Source: Acidobacteriota bacterium
GTDB taxonomy: Bacteria; Acidobacteriota; Vicinamibacteria; Vicinamibacterales; UBA8438
Direction of reading: 5' to 3'
Assembly: GCA_026708265.1 (NCBI GenBank)
Contig: JAPOVI010000030.1
Location: 571 to 64,570, forward strand
DNA: 64,000 nucleotides
The first letter of the stretch is position 1; every line of letters begins with the position of its first letter. The notes beneath the pieces are model-generated. The model saw only the letters and a program-made list of their open reading frames with translations. It was not told where the DNA came from and ran no database searches. Of the stretch, positions 37,203-48,747 are shown piece after piece. A program made the position numbers and the translations under genes.

Positions 37203-37540
37203 TCTTCCCTCGCCTCGCTCGCGCCCCGGTGGTTGCGGCCGTCCTGCGTCGCGGTCCGTCCGGAGGCGCCCCCGGATCGGGTTCCCCGCGCACGGTCCCC
37301 AACCGCCCATCGTACCGGCCGGGGGTTGCGCCGTCAACGGCAGGAACGAGCCGCACGGGGCGCGAGGCCGGCAACGCGGTCCTCGTGGGGCTCCCCGGCC
37401 AGTAGCCGACGCGGAACGAGTCGCGCGGGCGAGAGGTCCGCCACGGCGGCATGCGCGCCGGCCGGGTCATTCGTCACACGGGCGGCGGCGGGCGTGATAC
37501 GTTGAGCACTGCTCCTTGCGCACACCCCGGAGACCCGACG

Positions 37541-37807
37541 ATGGTTGAGCTGTTCCGGACCCTGACCCTCGGCGACACGCTCGGGGTCGGGTCGCTGCTC
37601 GCGCTGGTCTGGCTGGTGGCGCGGCTGGAGTGGACCCGCTCCGACGCCGCGACGGCACACCGCGCGATCGCGAAACGGCTGGACGACCTCTCCGCAAAGG
37701 TGCAGAGAACGGCGGAGCAGGTGCAGAAGGCGGCGGAGGACGTCGCCTACCTGCGCGGGCGCCAGGACGAGCGCGACCGCGCGACGTCCCCATCCGAGGC
37801 TCGCTAG
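37541..37807 (+). CDS. Small protein with N-terminal TM helix and coiled coil
   Basis: GGAG RBS, hydrophobic GVGSLLALVWLV, heptad stretch ending VAYLRGR. Confidence 0.65.
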   Translation: MVELFRTLTLGDTLGVGSLLALVWLVARLEWTRSDAATAHRAIAKRLDDLSAKVQRTAEQVQKAAEDVAYLRGRQDERDRATSPSEAR

Positions 37808-37839
37808 GAGCTTGCGCCGCCCCACGGCGGGCCGGGCGG

Positions 37840-39516
37840 CTACTCCAGCAGGGAGCCGTCCCCGACCAGCAGGGCGCGGTGCATCCAGAAGGGCAGGGCG
37901 CCCTGGCCCAGCAGGCGGTCGTGGAAGCGGCGCAGCTCGAAGCCGTCGCCCTCGGCCGCCTCGCAGTCGGCGCGGAGCTTCAGCAGCATCTGCTTGCCCA
38001 GGGAGTAGAGGACGTAGCCGGGGTCGAAGGTGCCGCGCTCGGCCTCCCGGCGCGCGCTGCCCTCCTCCAGGTAGGCCTCGTCGCGGAAGAAGCGCACGCC
38101 CTGCTCCACGGAGAGGTCCTCCGTGTGGAGGCGGATGCCGACGACGGTGCGGGCGAGGCGAATGAGCGCCTCGGCGAGCTGGCCCAGGCGGATCTCGGTG
38201 TTCTTGCGCTGGAACCCCTGCTCGATCATCACGTGCTCGGCGTAGTGGGCCCAGCCTTCGACGAACGACGTCGGGGCGAACAGCACCGACTTCCGGAGCG
38301 GCGACGCCACCCCGCGCAGGTGCTCGAACTGCAGTAGGTGCCCGGGGTAGACCTCGTGCATCGACATCGACCAGAGCGTGGCGAAGCTGAAGTCGCGCAG
38401 GTGCTCCTCCTGCCGCTCGGGCGGCCACGACGGGTCGACGTTCGTGACGTAGTAGCGTGCCGGCATCCGCGTCGCCTCGAACGGCCCCGCCGTCCAGAGG
38501 CTGGCGAACGTCCAGCGGTAGAAGTCGGGGGTCGGCCCTATCCGGACATCGTCGTGCTCCGGCAGGCTGACCAGGCGCTTGCGGCGCAGGAAGGCCAGCA
38601 GATCCCGCACCTGCCCCTCGACGGTCGGGATGAGCTCGGCGGGGGCGGGGTGCTTCTCCTTGATCTTCCGCCACGCGGCGGCCGCATCGCCCGACCGCTC
38701 GCCCGCCAGCCGCCGGAACTCCTCCTGCGTCGCCTCGAGCTCCCTGAGCGCGATCTGCGCCAGGCGCTCGGCCGGCAGGTCGATGCCCTCGTCGAGGCGC
38801 AGCTTCTCCGCGAAGCGCTCCGGCCCGAGTCGAAAGGACGCTCGGCTCCGCGCGGCCAGCGCTTCGCGCAGGTGCCCCAGGTAGGACCGCAGGGCGTCGA
38901 TGGCGTCGGTCGAGGCGTCGGCCAGGTCGCCCAGCAGGTGCATGTCCTCGAGGTCGCGGAAGGCGCGCGGCAGGTCGCGCTCGACGAAGGACAGCAGGCC
39001 CTCGAACGACTCGATGCCCACGCGGACGAAGAGGCCCGGGGGGTCCGTCACGTTCTGCCGCGCCGCCTCGAGCAGCCGCGGCGTCTGGCGCAGCTTCGAC
39101 CCGATGCGCCGCGCCCGCTCCGTGATGTCGGCGTAGGGGAAGAGGACCTGCGAGGTCAGGCTGCCGGCCAGCGTGTCGGCGTAGAACAGCGGATTCCGCT
39201 CCCACTCGCGGGCCTGCTCGAGGGCGAAGAGCCGGCTGCGGATGCGGTCGGCCAGCATCCGCTGCTCGAGGCCCTCCTCGCGGGTCAGGCCCGACGGGGC
39301 GATGCCGTCGAGCCGCCGCGCCCAGCCCCCGAGCTCGCGGATGCGCGCCTCGATAGCGGAACGGCCGAAGTCCTCCAGCAGGTCGTCGTGCAGGTGAACG
39401 CCGTCGGCGGCCGCTTCCGTGGGGCAGGTCTCGTGGAGGTGCGCGAGGTACTCGTCAGCGAAGTGCGCGAGCGGCTCGGATATCTGCGACTGGTGTCTCG
39501 TTGTCGACCGGGGCAT
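37840..39516 (-). CDS. DUF885-family protein (HExxPGH metallopeptidase-like)
   Basis: HEVYPGH, FVEGWAHYAE, YSLGK..LR..FHDRLL..GALP. Confidence 0.9.
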   Translation of the reverse strand: MPRSTTRHQSQISEPLAHFADEYLAHLHETCPTEAAADGVHLHDDLLEDFGRSAIEARIRELGGWARRLDGIAPSGLTREEGLEQRMLADRIRSRLFALEQAREWERNPLFYADTLAGSLTSQVLFPYADITERARRIGSKLRQTPRLLEAARQNVTDPPGLFVRVGIESFEGLLSFVERDLPRAFRDLEDMHLLGDLADASTDAIDALRSYLGHLREALAARSRASFRLGPERFAEKLRLDEGIDLPAERLAQIALRELEATQEEFRRLAGERSGDAAAAWRKIKEKHPAPAELIPTVEGQVRDLLAFLRRKRLVSLPEHDDVRIGPTPDFYRWTFASLWTAGPFEATRMPARYYVTNVDPSWPPERQEEHLRDFSFATLWSMSMHEVYPGHLLQFEHLRGVASPLRKSVLFAPTSFVEGWAHYAEHVMIEQGFQRKNTEIRLGQLAEALIRLARTVVGIRLHTEDLSVEQGVRFFRDEAYLEEGSARREAERGTFDPGYVLYSLGKQMLLKLRADCEAAEGDGFELRRFHDRLLGQGALPFWMHRALLVGDGSLLE

Positions 39517-39722
39517 GGTGGAGTCTCATCGAGGACCACAACCGGATTCCTCCCTGCGAAGGAACCCCCGCCACTTGATAGTACAATAGCCACGGTCCGC
39601 GCACAGTCGGAGGCGCGCTCCCGCGCCCCGAAGACGGGGCGCGCCGGGAGTCTGCGCGGGCGCGAAGTCCTGCATCCCACGTTTCCGCGGCGCAGACTTC
39701 TGGCCGCATCGTTCCCCGGCCC

Positions 39723-40645
39723 GTGCTGCTCAACCCCGGCACCCTCTACGTCGTCGCGACCCCCATCGGCAACCTGGAGGACGTGACCTACCGGGCGGTC
39801 CGCGTGCTGGGGGGCGTCGACCTCATCGCGGCGGAGGACACCCGCCACGCGGCGAAGCTGCTCGCCCGCTACGAGGTGAAGACGCCCCGCACGAGCCTCC
39901 ACGAGCACAACGAGGCCGAGAAGACCGGCCGTCTGTTGGCGCGGCTGGCGCGCGGCGAGACGATCGCCCTCGTCAGCGACGCCGGAACACCGCTCGTCTC
40001 CGACCCCGGGGCGCGCCTGGTGCGCGCGGCGCGCGAGCGCGGCCTGCGGGTGGAGGCCGTCCCGGGCCCCAGCGCCGTCCTGGCGGCGCTGGTGAGCTCG
40101 GGCCTCGCCGCCGCATCATTCACCTTCGCCGGGTTCCCGCCCTTCCGTTCGCACGCCCGGACCCGCTGGTTCGCGGCGCTGGCGCGCGAGCCGCGGCCGT
40201 TCGTCTTCTTCGAGGCGCCGCACCGCATCGACGCGTCGCTCCGCGACCTCGAGGCCGCGGCGGGCGAGCGGACGATCGCCGTCTGCCGCGAGCTCACGAA
40301 GCTCCACGAGCAGTCGCTGGTCGGTGCGGTCGGCGACGTGCGCGCGCGCCTGACGAAGCCCCGGGGGGAGTTCACGGTGGTCGTCGAGGCAGCACCGGAG
40401 GTCGAGCGGGAGCGGGTTCCGACGGCGGAACGGGCCGCGGTGCCGGATCCGGCCGGCGAGCAGGCTGCGGCGACCCTCACCGACGAGGTCGGCCGGCTGC
40501 TCGAGCAGGGCGTCAGCCGCACCGCCGCGGTCCGCGCCGTCGCGGCGCGGTTCGGCGTTTCGCGGCGCGAGGCCTACCAGGCCGGGCTGCGCGCCGAGCC
40601 GCAGGGCGGCGACGGAACAGCGGCGGAAGCACCGCGAGGCGGCAA

Positions 40646-40649
<4 letters not shown>
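39723..40649 (+). CDS. rsmI: 16S rRNA C1402 2'-O-methyltransferase
   Basis: GTLYVVATPIGNLED, AAEDTR, VSDAGTP..SDPG, FEAPHR, RELTKLHE, RGEF. Confidence 0.96.
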
Positions 40650-42055
<1,406 letters not shown>

Positions 42056-42069
42056 GGAAGGCGAACGCC

Positions 42070-43929
42070 ATGTGCGGAATCATCGGCTATCTCGGCGCCA
42101 AGCCGGCCGTGCCGGTGCTCATCGACGGGCTGCGGCGACTGGAGTACCGCGGCTACGACTCGGCCGGCATCGCCCTCGTCCGCGCCGGTGAGATCGAGGT
42201 GCGGCGCAGCGCCGGCAAGCTCGATCTGCTGGAGGAGGTCATCCGCGCGGAGCCGGTGGACGGCGAGTACGGCGTCGGCCACACGCGGTGGGCCACCCAC
42301 GGCCGGCCCACGGAGGAGAACGCGCACCCGCACCGGGACTGCAGCGGACGGCTGGTCGTCGTCCACAACGGCATCATCGAGAACTACCTGGAGCTGAAGC
42401 AGCGCCTGCAGCGCGCCGGCCACCGCTTCCAGACCGAGACCGACACGGAGGTCATCGCGCACCTCGTGGAGGAGGAGTTCCGGCCGGAAGGCGACGGGGG
42501 CGACGGGCTCGAGGGCGCCGTGCGGCGGGTCCTGGCCGAGCTCCGGGGCCTGTTCGGGATCGTCCTCGTCCACGCGGCGGACCCCGGCAAGGTGGTCGCG
42601 GTGCGCAACGGCCCGCCGCTCGTCGTGGGGGTCGGCGAGCGCGAGTTCCTGGTGGCTTCCGATGTGCCGGCCATCCTCAGCCACACGCGGGACGTCGTCT
42701 TCCTCGGCGACGAGGAGATGGCGGTCATCACCCGGGGCGGCGTCTCGTTCACCGACTTCGGCGGCCGGGCGGTCTCCAAGGCCACGCAGCGCATCCTCTG
42801 GGATCCGGTGATGGCCGAGAAGGCCGGCTACAAGCACTTCATGCTGAAGGAGATCTTCGAGCAGCCGCGCGCGCTGCAGGAGACGGTCATCGGTCGGGTC
42901 TCGGCCGAGCGGGCCGGCGTCTACCTCGGCGAGCTGGAGATACCCGACGAGGAGCTGCGGGCGATCGACCAGGTGCTCGTCCTGGCCTGCGGCACGTCGT
43001 GGCACGCCGGCCTCGTCGGCAAGTTCCTCATCGAGTCGCTGGCCCGCGTCCGCGTCGACGTCGACTACGCCTCGGAGTTCCGCCACCGCGACCCGCTGGT
43101 CGGCGAGCGCACCCTCGCCGTGGCCATCACGCAGTCGGGCGAGACCGCCGACACGCTGGCCGCGCTGCGCGAGGCGCAGGCCCGGAACGCCCGCAGCGTC
43201 GCCATCTGCAACGTCGTCGGCAGCATGGCCACGCGCGAGGCCGAGGGCACCGTCTACACGCACGCGGGGCCCGAGATCGGGGTGGCCTCGACCAAGGCGT
43301 TCACGTCGCAGCTCGTCGCGCTCAACCTGCTGGCCCTGCGGCTGGGGCAGGCGCGAGGCACGCTCCCGGACGGCGAGGCGCGCCGCGTCATCGAGGCGCT
43401 CACGCAGCTCCCGGTCCTGGTGGAGCACGTGCTCAGGACCGATCCGCTCGTGCGGCGGATCGCCAGGCGCTTCTACCGGGCCGCGAACTTCCTCTACCTC
43501 GGGCGCGGCAGCCACTACCCGATTGCGCTCGAGGGCGCGCTCAAGCTGAAGGAGATCTCCTACATCCACGCCGAGGGCTACCCGGCCGGCGAGATGAAGC
43601 ACGGGCCCATCGCCCTCATCGACGAGAAGATGCCGGTCGTGGCCGTCATGCCGCGCGACGGGGTCTTCGCCAAGATGCGCTCGAACCTGCAGGAGGCCAA
43701 GGTGCGGGGGGCGTCGATGATCGTCCTGACCGACGCCGCCCCGGAGGAGCTCGACGAGTTGATCGAGCCCGGGCACGACTTCGTGGTCCCGGTGCCGCCG
43801 GCGCACCCGGCCGTGATGCCCATCCTGATGGGCATCCCGCTGCAGCTCCTGGCCTACCACATCGGCGTGCTGCGCGGCTGCGACGTCGACCAGCCCCGCA
43901 ACCTCGCCAAGAGCGTCACCGTCGAGTAG
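42070..43929 (+). CDS. glmS: Glutamine-fructose-6-phosphate aminotransferase
   Basis: MCGIIG, LEYRGYDSAG, GHTRWATHG, QSGETADT, PRNLAKSVTVE. Confidence 0.98.
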   Translation: MCGIIGYLGAKPAVPVLIDGLRRLEYRGYDSAGIALVRAGEIEVRRSAGKLDLLEEVIRAEPVDGEYGVGHTRWATHGRPTEENAHPHRDCSGRLVVVHNGIIENYLELKQRLQRAGHRFQTETDTEVIAHLVEEEFRPEGDGGDGLEGAVRRVLAELRGLFGIVLVHAADPGKVVAVRNGPPLVVGVGEREFLVASDVPAILSHTRDVVFLGDEEMAVITRGGVSFTDFGGRAVSKATQRILWDPVMAEKAGYKHFMLKEIFEQPRALQETVIGRVSAERAGVYLGELEIPDEELRAIDQVLVLACGTSWHAGLVGKFLIESLARVRVDVDYASEFRHRDPLVGERTLAVAITQSGETADTLAALREAQARNARSVAICNVVGSMATREAEGTVYTHAGPEIGVASTKAFTSQLVALNLLALRLGQARGTLPDGEARRVIEALTQLPVLVEHVLRTDPLVRRIARRFYRAANFLYLGRGSHYPIALEGALKLKEISYIHAEGYPAGEMKHGPIALIDEKMPVVAVMPRDGVFAKMRSNLQEAKVRGASMIVLTDAAPEELDELIEPGHDFVVPVPPAHPAVMPILMGIPLQLLAYHIGVLRGCDVDQPRNLAKSVTVE

Positions 43930-43944
43930 ACGCCGGGCAGGGCG

Positions 43945-46263
43945 ATGCGCTCCCTTCTCGACGACCTCAACCCCGAGCAGCGCGCCGCCGTCGCCCACGT
44001 CGACGGGCCGCTGCTGATCCTCGCCGGCGCCGGCTCGGGCAAGACGCGCGTCATCTGCCACCGGCTGGCGCACCTGATCCACGAGGGGCACGCCGCGCCG
44101 CACCAGGTCCTGGCCGTCACCTTCACCAACAAGGCGGCGGGCGAGATGCGCAGCCGCGTCGAGGCCCTCGTCGGCGCCGGAGACCCCCGCGCCAGGGGCG
44201 TCCTGCAGCGCATCTGGATGCAGACGTTCCACGCCCTGTGCGCGCGGCTGCTGCGCCGCGAGGGCCCGCGGGTGGGGCTGACGCGCGACTTCGTGATCTA
44301 TGACACGGACGACCAGGTGCGGGTGGTGCGCGACGTGATGCGCGAGCTCGGCATCGACGACAAGGTGACGCGCCCCCGCAACGTGCTCTCGCGCATCAGC
44401 GACGCCAAGAACCGGATGGAGAGCGCCGCGGCGCTGCGCCGGGCGGCGCTCGGACACGGGGAGGAGCAGCTCGCGCGGGTCTACGAGCGCTACGAGGAGG
44501 TGCTGGCGCGCAGCGGGGCGGTCGACTTCGACGACCTGCTGCTCAAGACGGTGGAGCTCTTCGACACGGTGGCCGACGTCTGCCGGAGCTACAGCGAGCG
44601 GTTCCGCTTCGTGATGGTCGACGAGTACCAGGACACCAACCGCCCCCAGTACCGGCTGGTGCGCCACCTGGCCTCCACCCACCGCAACGTCTGCGTGGTG
44701 GGCGACCCCGACCAGTCGATCTACCAGTGGCGCGGCGCGGACCTGCGCAACATCCTCGACTTCGAGGCGGACTTCCCCGACGCGACGGTCGTGCGCCTGG
44801 AGCGCAACTACCGCTCGACGCAGGTCATCCTGGACGCCGCCCACGGCGTCATCCGCCGCAACACGGAGCGCAAGGAGAAGCGGCTCTGGACCGACCGCCA
44901 AGGCGGCGACCGCATCGTCTGCCACCGCGCGGCCGACGAGCTGGCCGAGGCCGACTTCATCGTCCGGCGGCTGCTGGCGGGTCTCGCCGCCGGCGACGAG
45001 CCGCTCGCCGTGCTCTACCGCACCAACGCGCAGTCGCGGCCGATCGAGGGAGCGCTGGCGCGCGAGGGCGTGCCCTACCGCATCGTCGGCGGCGTCCGCT
45101 TCTACGAGCGGCGGGAGGTCAAGGACGCTCTGGCCTACCTGAAGCTGCTCCTCAACCCGGACGACGACGTCAGCCTGCGCCGGGTGATCAACGTCCCCGC
45201 CCGCGGCATCGGCCGGAAGGTGATGGAGGGTCTGGCGGGCCTGGGGGCCGACGCGGGGGCCGGCGCGGCGCGGTCCGCCGGACCGCTGCTCGAGGGGATG
45301 GACGAGCCGGCCGCCCCGGTTTCGCTCTGGGCCCGCGTGGTGCGGGCGACGGACGACGCGCTCCTGCCGCCGCGCGCGGTCACCGTGCTGCGCCGGTTCC
45401 GGGCGATGCTGGAACCGCTGCGCGAAGCGGCGCGGACCGAGAGCGCCTCGGAGGTGCTCAAGCAGGTGCTCGTCGAGTCCGGCTACCTGCAGGCGCTGCG
45501 CGACGAGGGCAGCTCCGAGGCGCGCGACCGGATGGAGAACCTGGACGCGCTGGTGGCGGCGGCCGTCGACTACGAGGTCCGCGGCGAGGGGGACGACGAC
45601 GACGACCGGACCGGCCTCGGCGGCTTCGTCGATCAGCAGTCGCTGCTCTCGGAGGCGGACGAGGAGGCGGGGGCGGAGGATGCGCGGGTCTGGCTGATGA
45701 CGCTCCACGCCGCGAAGGGCCTGGAGTTCCCGCTGGTCGTGATGGCCGGGATGGAGGACGGCCTCTTCCCCCACTCCCGCTCGGAGGACGATGCCCGCGC
45801 CCTGGAGGAGGAACGGCGGCTGTGCTACGTGGGGATGACGCGCGCCGAGTCGCGCCTCGTGCTCACCAGCGCGCGCCGGCGCCTCGTCTTCGGCGAGTAC
45901 CAGAGCACGGAGCCGTCGCGCTTCCTCTTCGAGATCCCGCCCGACGCGGTCGAGGTCATCGAGCCCGACGAGCCCCCCGCGCCGTGGCGCAGCGCGCGCG
46001 GGGACGGGGACGGTTGGCGCCCCAACCGCCGGCGGCGGCGCTGGGAGGACGCGCGGGAGCCCCAGACCGTGTTCGACCCGGCCGACGAGGACCAGTCCGA
46101 GGTGGGCATCTCGCGCGGCGCGCGGGTGCGCCACCCGATGTTCGGTCAGGGAACCGTGGCCGCCGTGGAGGCCCTGCCGCGCGGCGTGAAGCTGACCGTC
46201 CGTTTCGACGCGGTGGGGCGCAAGACGCTCATCGCGCCCCCCGCGAGGCTCGAGCGCATCTGA
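43945..46263 (+). CDS. pcrA: UvrD/PcrA SF1 helicase with C-terminal Tudor-like domain
   Basis: LAGAGSGKT, VDEYQD, VGDPDQSIY, NYRS, TLHAAKGLEF, EERRLCYVGMTRA, RVRHPMFGQG. Confidence 0.95.
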   Translation: MRSLLDDLNPEQRAAVAHVDGPLLILAGAGSGKTRVICHRLAHLIHEGHAAPHQVLAVTFTNKAAGEMRSRVEALVGAGDPRARGVLQRIWMQTFHALCARLLRREGPRVGLTRDFVIYDTDDQVRVVRDVMRELGIDDKVTRPRNVLSRISDAKNRMESAAALRRAALGHGEEQLARVYERYEEVLARSGAVDFDDLLLKTVELFDTVADVCRSYSERFRFVMVDEYQDTNRPQYRLVRHLASTHRNVCVVGDPDQSIYQWRGADLRNILDFEADFPDATVVRLERNYRSTQVILDAAHGVIRRNTERKEKRLWTDRQGGDRIVCHRAADELAEADFIVRRLLAGLAAGDEPLAVLYRTNAQSRPIEGALAREGVPYRIVGGVRFYERREVKDALAYLKLLLNPDDDVSLRRVINVPARGIGRKVMEGLAGLGADAGAGAARSAGPLLEGMDEPAAPVSLWARVVRATDDALLPPRAVTVLRRFRAMLEPLREAARTESASEVLKQVLVESGYLQALRDEGSSEARDRMENLDALVAAAVDYEVRGEGDDDDDRTGLGGFVDQQSLLSEADEEAGAEDARVWLMTLHAAKGLEFPLVVMAGMEDGLFPHSRSEDDARALEEERRLCYVGMTRAESRLVLTSARRRLVFGEYQSTEPSRFLFEIPPDAVEVIEPDEPPAPWRSARGDGDGWRPNRRRRRWEDAREPQTVFDPADEDQSEVGISRGARVRHPMFGQGTVAAVEALPRGVKLTVRFDAVGRKTLIAPPARLERI

Positions 46264-46321
46264 GCGCCCGGCGGGGCGGAGCGGCCCGCCTTCGCCCGGC
46301 CCGTGCAGTAGAATCGGCCGC

Positions 46322-46804
46322 GTGCAACGTCTCGCCGTCTTCGCGATCCTGCTCGCGTTCTGGATCGTCTGCTCCGGGTACTTCGACGCCCTGCACCTGG
46401 GGTTCGGCGTGCTCTGCGCCGCGCTCGTCGCCGCCTGGTCCGCCGACCTCCTCTTCCCACTCGGCCCGTCGCCCGGCGGGTGGGTGACGGCCTGGCGGGG
46501 ACTGGCCTACCTGCCCTGGCTGCTGTACGAGATCGTCGTCGCCAACCTCCACGTCGTCCACCTGGTCCTCAATCCGCGGGAGATCCGGCCGCAGATCGTC
46601 CGCTTCCGGCCGCGCCTCAGGAACGACCTGGCGCTGGTGCTGCTGGCCAACTCGATCACGCTGACGCCGGGCACGGTGACGATGGACATCGAGGACGGCG
46701 AGTTCTGGGTGCACGCGGTGAGCGACAAGGTCGCGCGGGATCTCCGCGACGGCGACATGGAGCGCCGCATCGCCCACATCTTCCTCGAGGGGGAGAGCGG
46801 CTGA
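46322..46804 (+). CDS. mnhE: Second Mrp-like complex, subunit E (MnhE)
   Basis: YLPWLLYEIVVAN, LANSITLTPGTVT, VHA. TAGAAT 7 nt before the GTG. Confidence 0.9.
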   Translation: MQRLAVFAILLAFWIVCSGYFDALHLGFGVLCAALVAAWSADLLFPLGPSPGGWVTAWRGLAYLPWLLYEIVVANLHVVHLVLNPREIRPQIVRFRPRLRNDLALVLLANSITLTPGTVTMDIEDGEFWVHAVSDKVARDLRDGDMERRIAHIFLEGESG

Positions 46805-47088
46805 TGCAGGCGTTCTTCGTCGGCGCGACGCTGGTCGTCCTGGCCGCGGTCGTCCCGTGCCTCTACCGCATCCTGCGCGGCCCCACGATCGTCGACCGCA
46901 TCATCGGCGTGAACGTGGTGGGGACCAAGACCATCGCGGTCATCGTGCTCGTCGGCTGCATCTTCGACCGCGTCGAGTTCTTCATCGACATCGCCATCGT
47001 CTACGCGCTCATCAGCTTCGTCGGGACGCTCGCCCTCTCGAAGTACTTCGAGCGCAAGGCGGGGCTGCAGCGGGAGGCGACGCGGTGA
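46804..47088 (+). CDS. mnhF: Second Mrp-like complex, subunit F
   Basis: RILRGPTIVDRII..IDIAIVYALISFVGTLALSKY. Confidence 0.9.
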   Translation: MQAFFVGATLVVLAAVVPCLYRILRGPTIVDRIIGVNVVGTKTIAVIVLVGCIFDRVEFFIDIAIVYALISFVGTLALSKYFERKAGLQREATR

Positions 47089-47384
47089 CGGCGCTCGCCG
47101 TCGCGTTCGTCTCCGCGGGCGTGTTCTTCCTGGTGACGGGCGCGGCGGGCCTGATTCGCTTCCCGGACTTCTACACGCGGATGCACGCCAGCGGGAAGTG
47201 CGACACGCTGGGCGTGCTGCTCGTGCTGCTCGGGATCGCCTGCCATGTGGGCGCGAGCCTCATCAGCGCGAAGATCCTGCTCATCGCGGCGTTCATCTTC
47301 GTGTCGAGCCCCACCGCCACCCACGCCATCGCCCGCTCCGCCCTCCGGCACCAGAACGCGCTCTGGCCCGAGGAAGAGCAGTAG
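47085..47384 (+). CDS. mnhG: Second Mrp-like complex, subunit G
   Basis: GLIRFPDFYTRMHASGKCDTLG..SPTATHAIAR. GTGA overlap. Confidence 0.9.
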   Translation: MTALAVAFVSAGVFFLVTGAAGLIRFPDFYTRMHASGKCDTLGVLLVLLGIACHVGASLISAKILLIAAFIFVSSPTATHAIARSALRHQNALWPEEEQ

Positions 47385-47390
47385 CGCGCC

Positions 47391-47921
47391 ATGGTCTGGC
47401 AACTCGACGTCGTGCTCCTCGCGTTCGCGGTGACGTGCGCCGCCGGCGCCGTGGCGGTGCGCGACCTGCTCGCCTCGGTGATCCTGCTCGGCGCGTTCGG
47501 GCTGTTCATGTGCCTGCTGTGGGTCGAGATGGGCGCGGTGGATGTCGCCTTCACGGAGGCCGCGGTCGGCGCCGGCATCACGACGGTCTTCTTCGTCGTC
47601 ACCGTGTTCAAGACCGGACGGACCGGACGGAAGAAGCTGCGGGTCCTGCCGCTCGTCGCGACGGCCCTGACCGGGCTGCTGCTGTACGCCGGCTCGCTCG
47701 ACATGCCGCCGACCGGCGACCCGGAGTCGCCGCCGAGCGTCCGCGTCTCGCCCCGCTACATCGAGCGCGGCTACGCGGAGACGAACGTACCCAACATGGT
47801 CACCGCGGTCCTGGCCGACTACCGCAGCTTCGACACGCTCGGCGAGGTGACGGTCATCTTCACGGCCACGATGGCCGTGCTGGTGATCCTGCGCCGGAAC
47901 GACGACGGGAGGCCCACGTGA
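47391..47921 (+). CDS. DUF4040/MbhD + MbhE-like subunit (detached MrpA C-terminal region)
   Basis: AVDVAFTEAAVGAG and PNMVTAVLADYRSFDTLGE. Confidence 0.85.
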   Translation: MVWQLDVVLLAFAVTCAAGAVAVRDLLASVILLGAFGLFMCLLWVEMGAVDVAFTEAAVGAGITTVFFVVTVFKTGRTGRKKLRVLPLVATALTGLLLYAGSLDMPPTGDPESPPSVRVSPRYIERGYAETNVPNMVTAVLADYRSFDTLGEVTVIFTATMAVLVILRRNDDGRPT

Positions 47922-48334
47922 TCACCCGGCAGGAGAGCGTCATCGTCCGCACGACGTGCCGGCTGCTGGCCCCCTTCATCCAGGTGTTCGGCCTCTACGT
48001 CATCGTGCACGGGCACAGCAGCCCGGGCGGCGGCTTCCAGGGCGGCGTCATCCTGGCGTCGAGCTTCGTGCTGCTGGCCATCGGCTTCGGTCCCGGCGAG
48101 GTGCAGCGGCGCATCCCGCGGCCCGCTCTCCTCGCCTGCACCTGCGCCGGCGTGCTGCTGTACGCCGGGATCGGCGTGGCGTGCGTGGCGCTGGGAGCCA
48201 ACTTCCTCGACTACGGCGCGCTGCCGCTCCCCGACGCGCGCAGCCTGGGGATGCTCGGCATCGAGATCGGCGTCGGCATCACCGTCGCCGCGGCGATGGT
48301 GTCGATCTTCCACGACCTCATCACGTTCGAGTAG
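47918..48334 (+). CDS. mnhB: Second Mrp-like complex, subunit B
   Basis: HGHSSPGGGFQGG, IEIGVG. GTGA overlap. Confidence 0.9.
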   Translation: MITRQESVIVRTTCRLLAPFIQVFGLYVIVHGHSSPGGGFQGGVILASSFVLLAIGFGPGEVQRRIPRPALLACTCAGVLLYAGIGVACVALGANFLDYGALPLPDARSLGMLGIEIGVGITVAAAMVSIFHDLITFE

Positions 48335-48339
48335 GCGCG

Positions 48340-48747
48340 ATGCCCGACCTCGAGCTGCTGACCGGCCGCTTCAACCTCATCGCCTCCATCGTGCTGATGA
48401 TGATCGGCTTCTACGCCCTGATCGGGAAGACGAACCTCGTCAAGAAGCTCATCGGCATGAACATCTTCCAGTGGGCGATCATCCTCTTCGTGGTGTCGAT
48501 GGCCGCGAAGCGCGACGCCACGATCCCGATCGTCCGCGATTCCGACGCCGCCGGACAGGCCGCCGCCGAGGTGGTGCTGCGCGCGGCGGACTACGACAAC
48601 CCCCTGCCGCACGTGCTGATGCTCACCGCCATCGTGGTCGGGGTGGCCACCACCGGCGTCGCGCTCGCGCTCCTCCTCCGCATCCACCGGCGCTACGGCA
48701 CGCTCGACGACGAGGAACTGCGCGAGCGCATGCGCTCCTCCGGATGA
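48340..48747 (+). CDS. mnhC: Second Mrp-like complex, subunit C
   Basis: NLVKKLIG, NPLPHVLMLTAIVVG, YGTLD. Confidence 0.9.
   Translation: MPDLELLTGRFNLIASIVLMMIGFYALIGKTNLVKKLIGMNIFQWAIILFVVSMAAKRDATIPIVRDSDAAGQAAAEVVLRAADYDNPLPHVLMLTAIVVGVATTGVALALLLRIHRRYGTLDDEELRERMRSSG

Noticed and set aside
37203-37540. Possible ncRNA or riboswitch in longer intergenic gaps (also 20327-20619, 39517-39722, 13876-14061)
   Set aside because: Only generic GC-rich hairpins and no recognisable Rfam motif. An Infernal scan would be needed.
42056-42069. glmS ribozyme
   Set aside because: Only 14 nt separate glmU and glmS.
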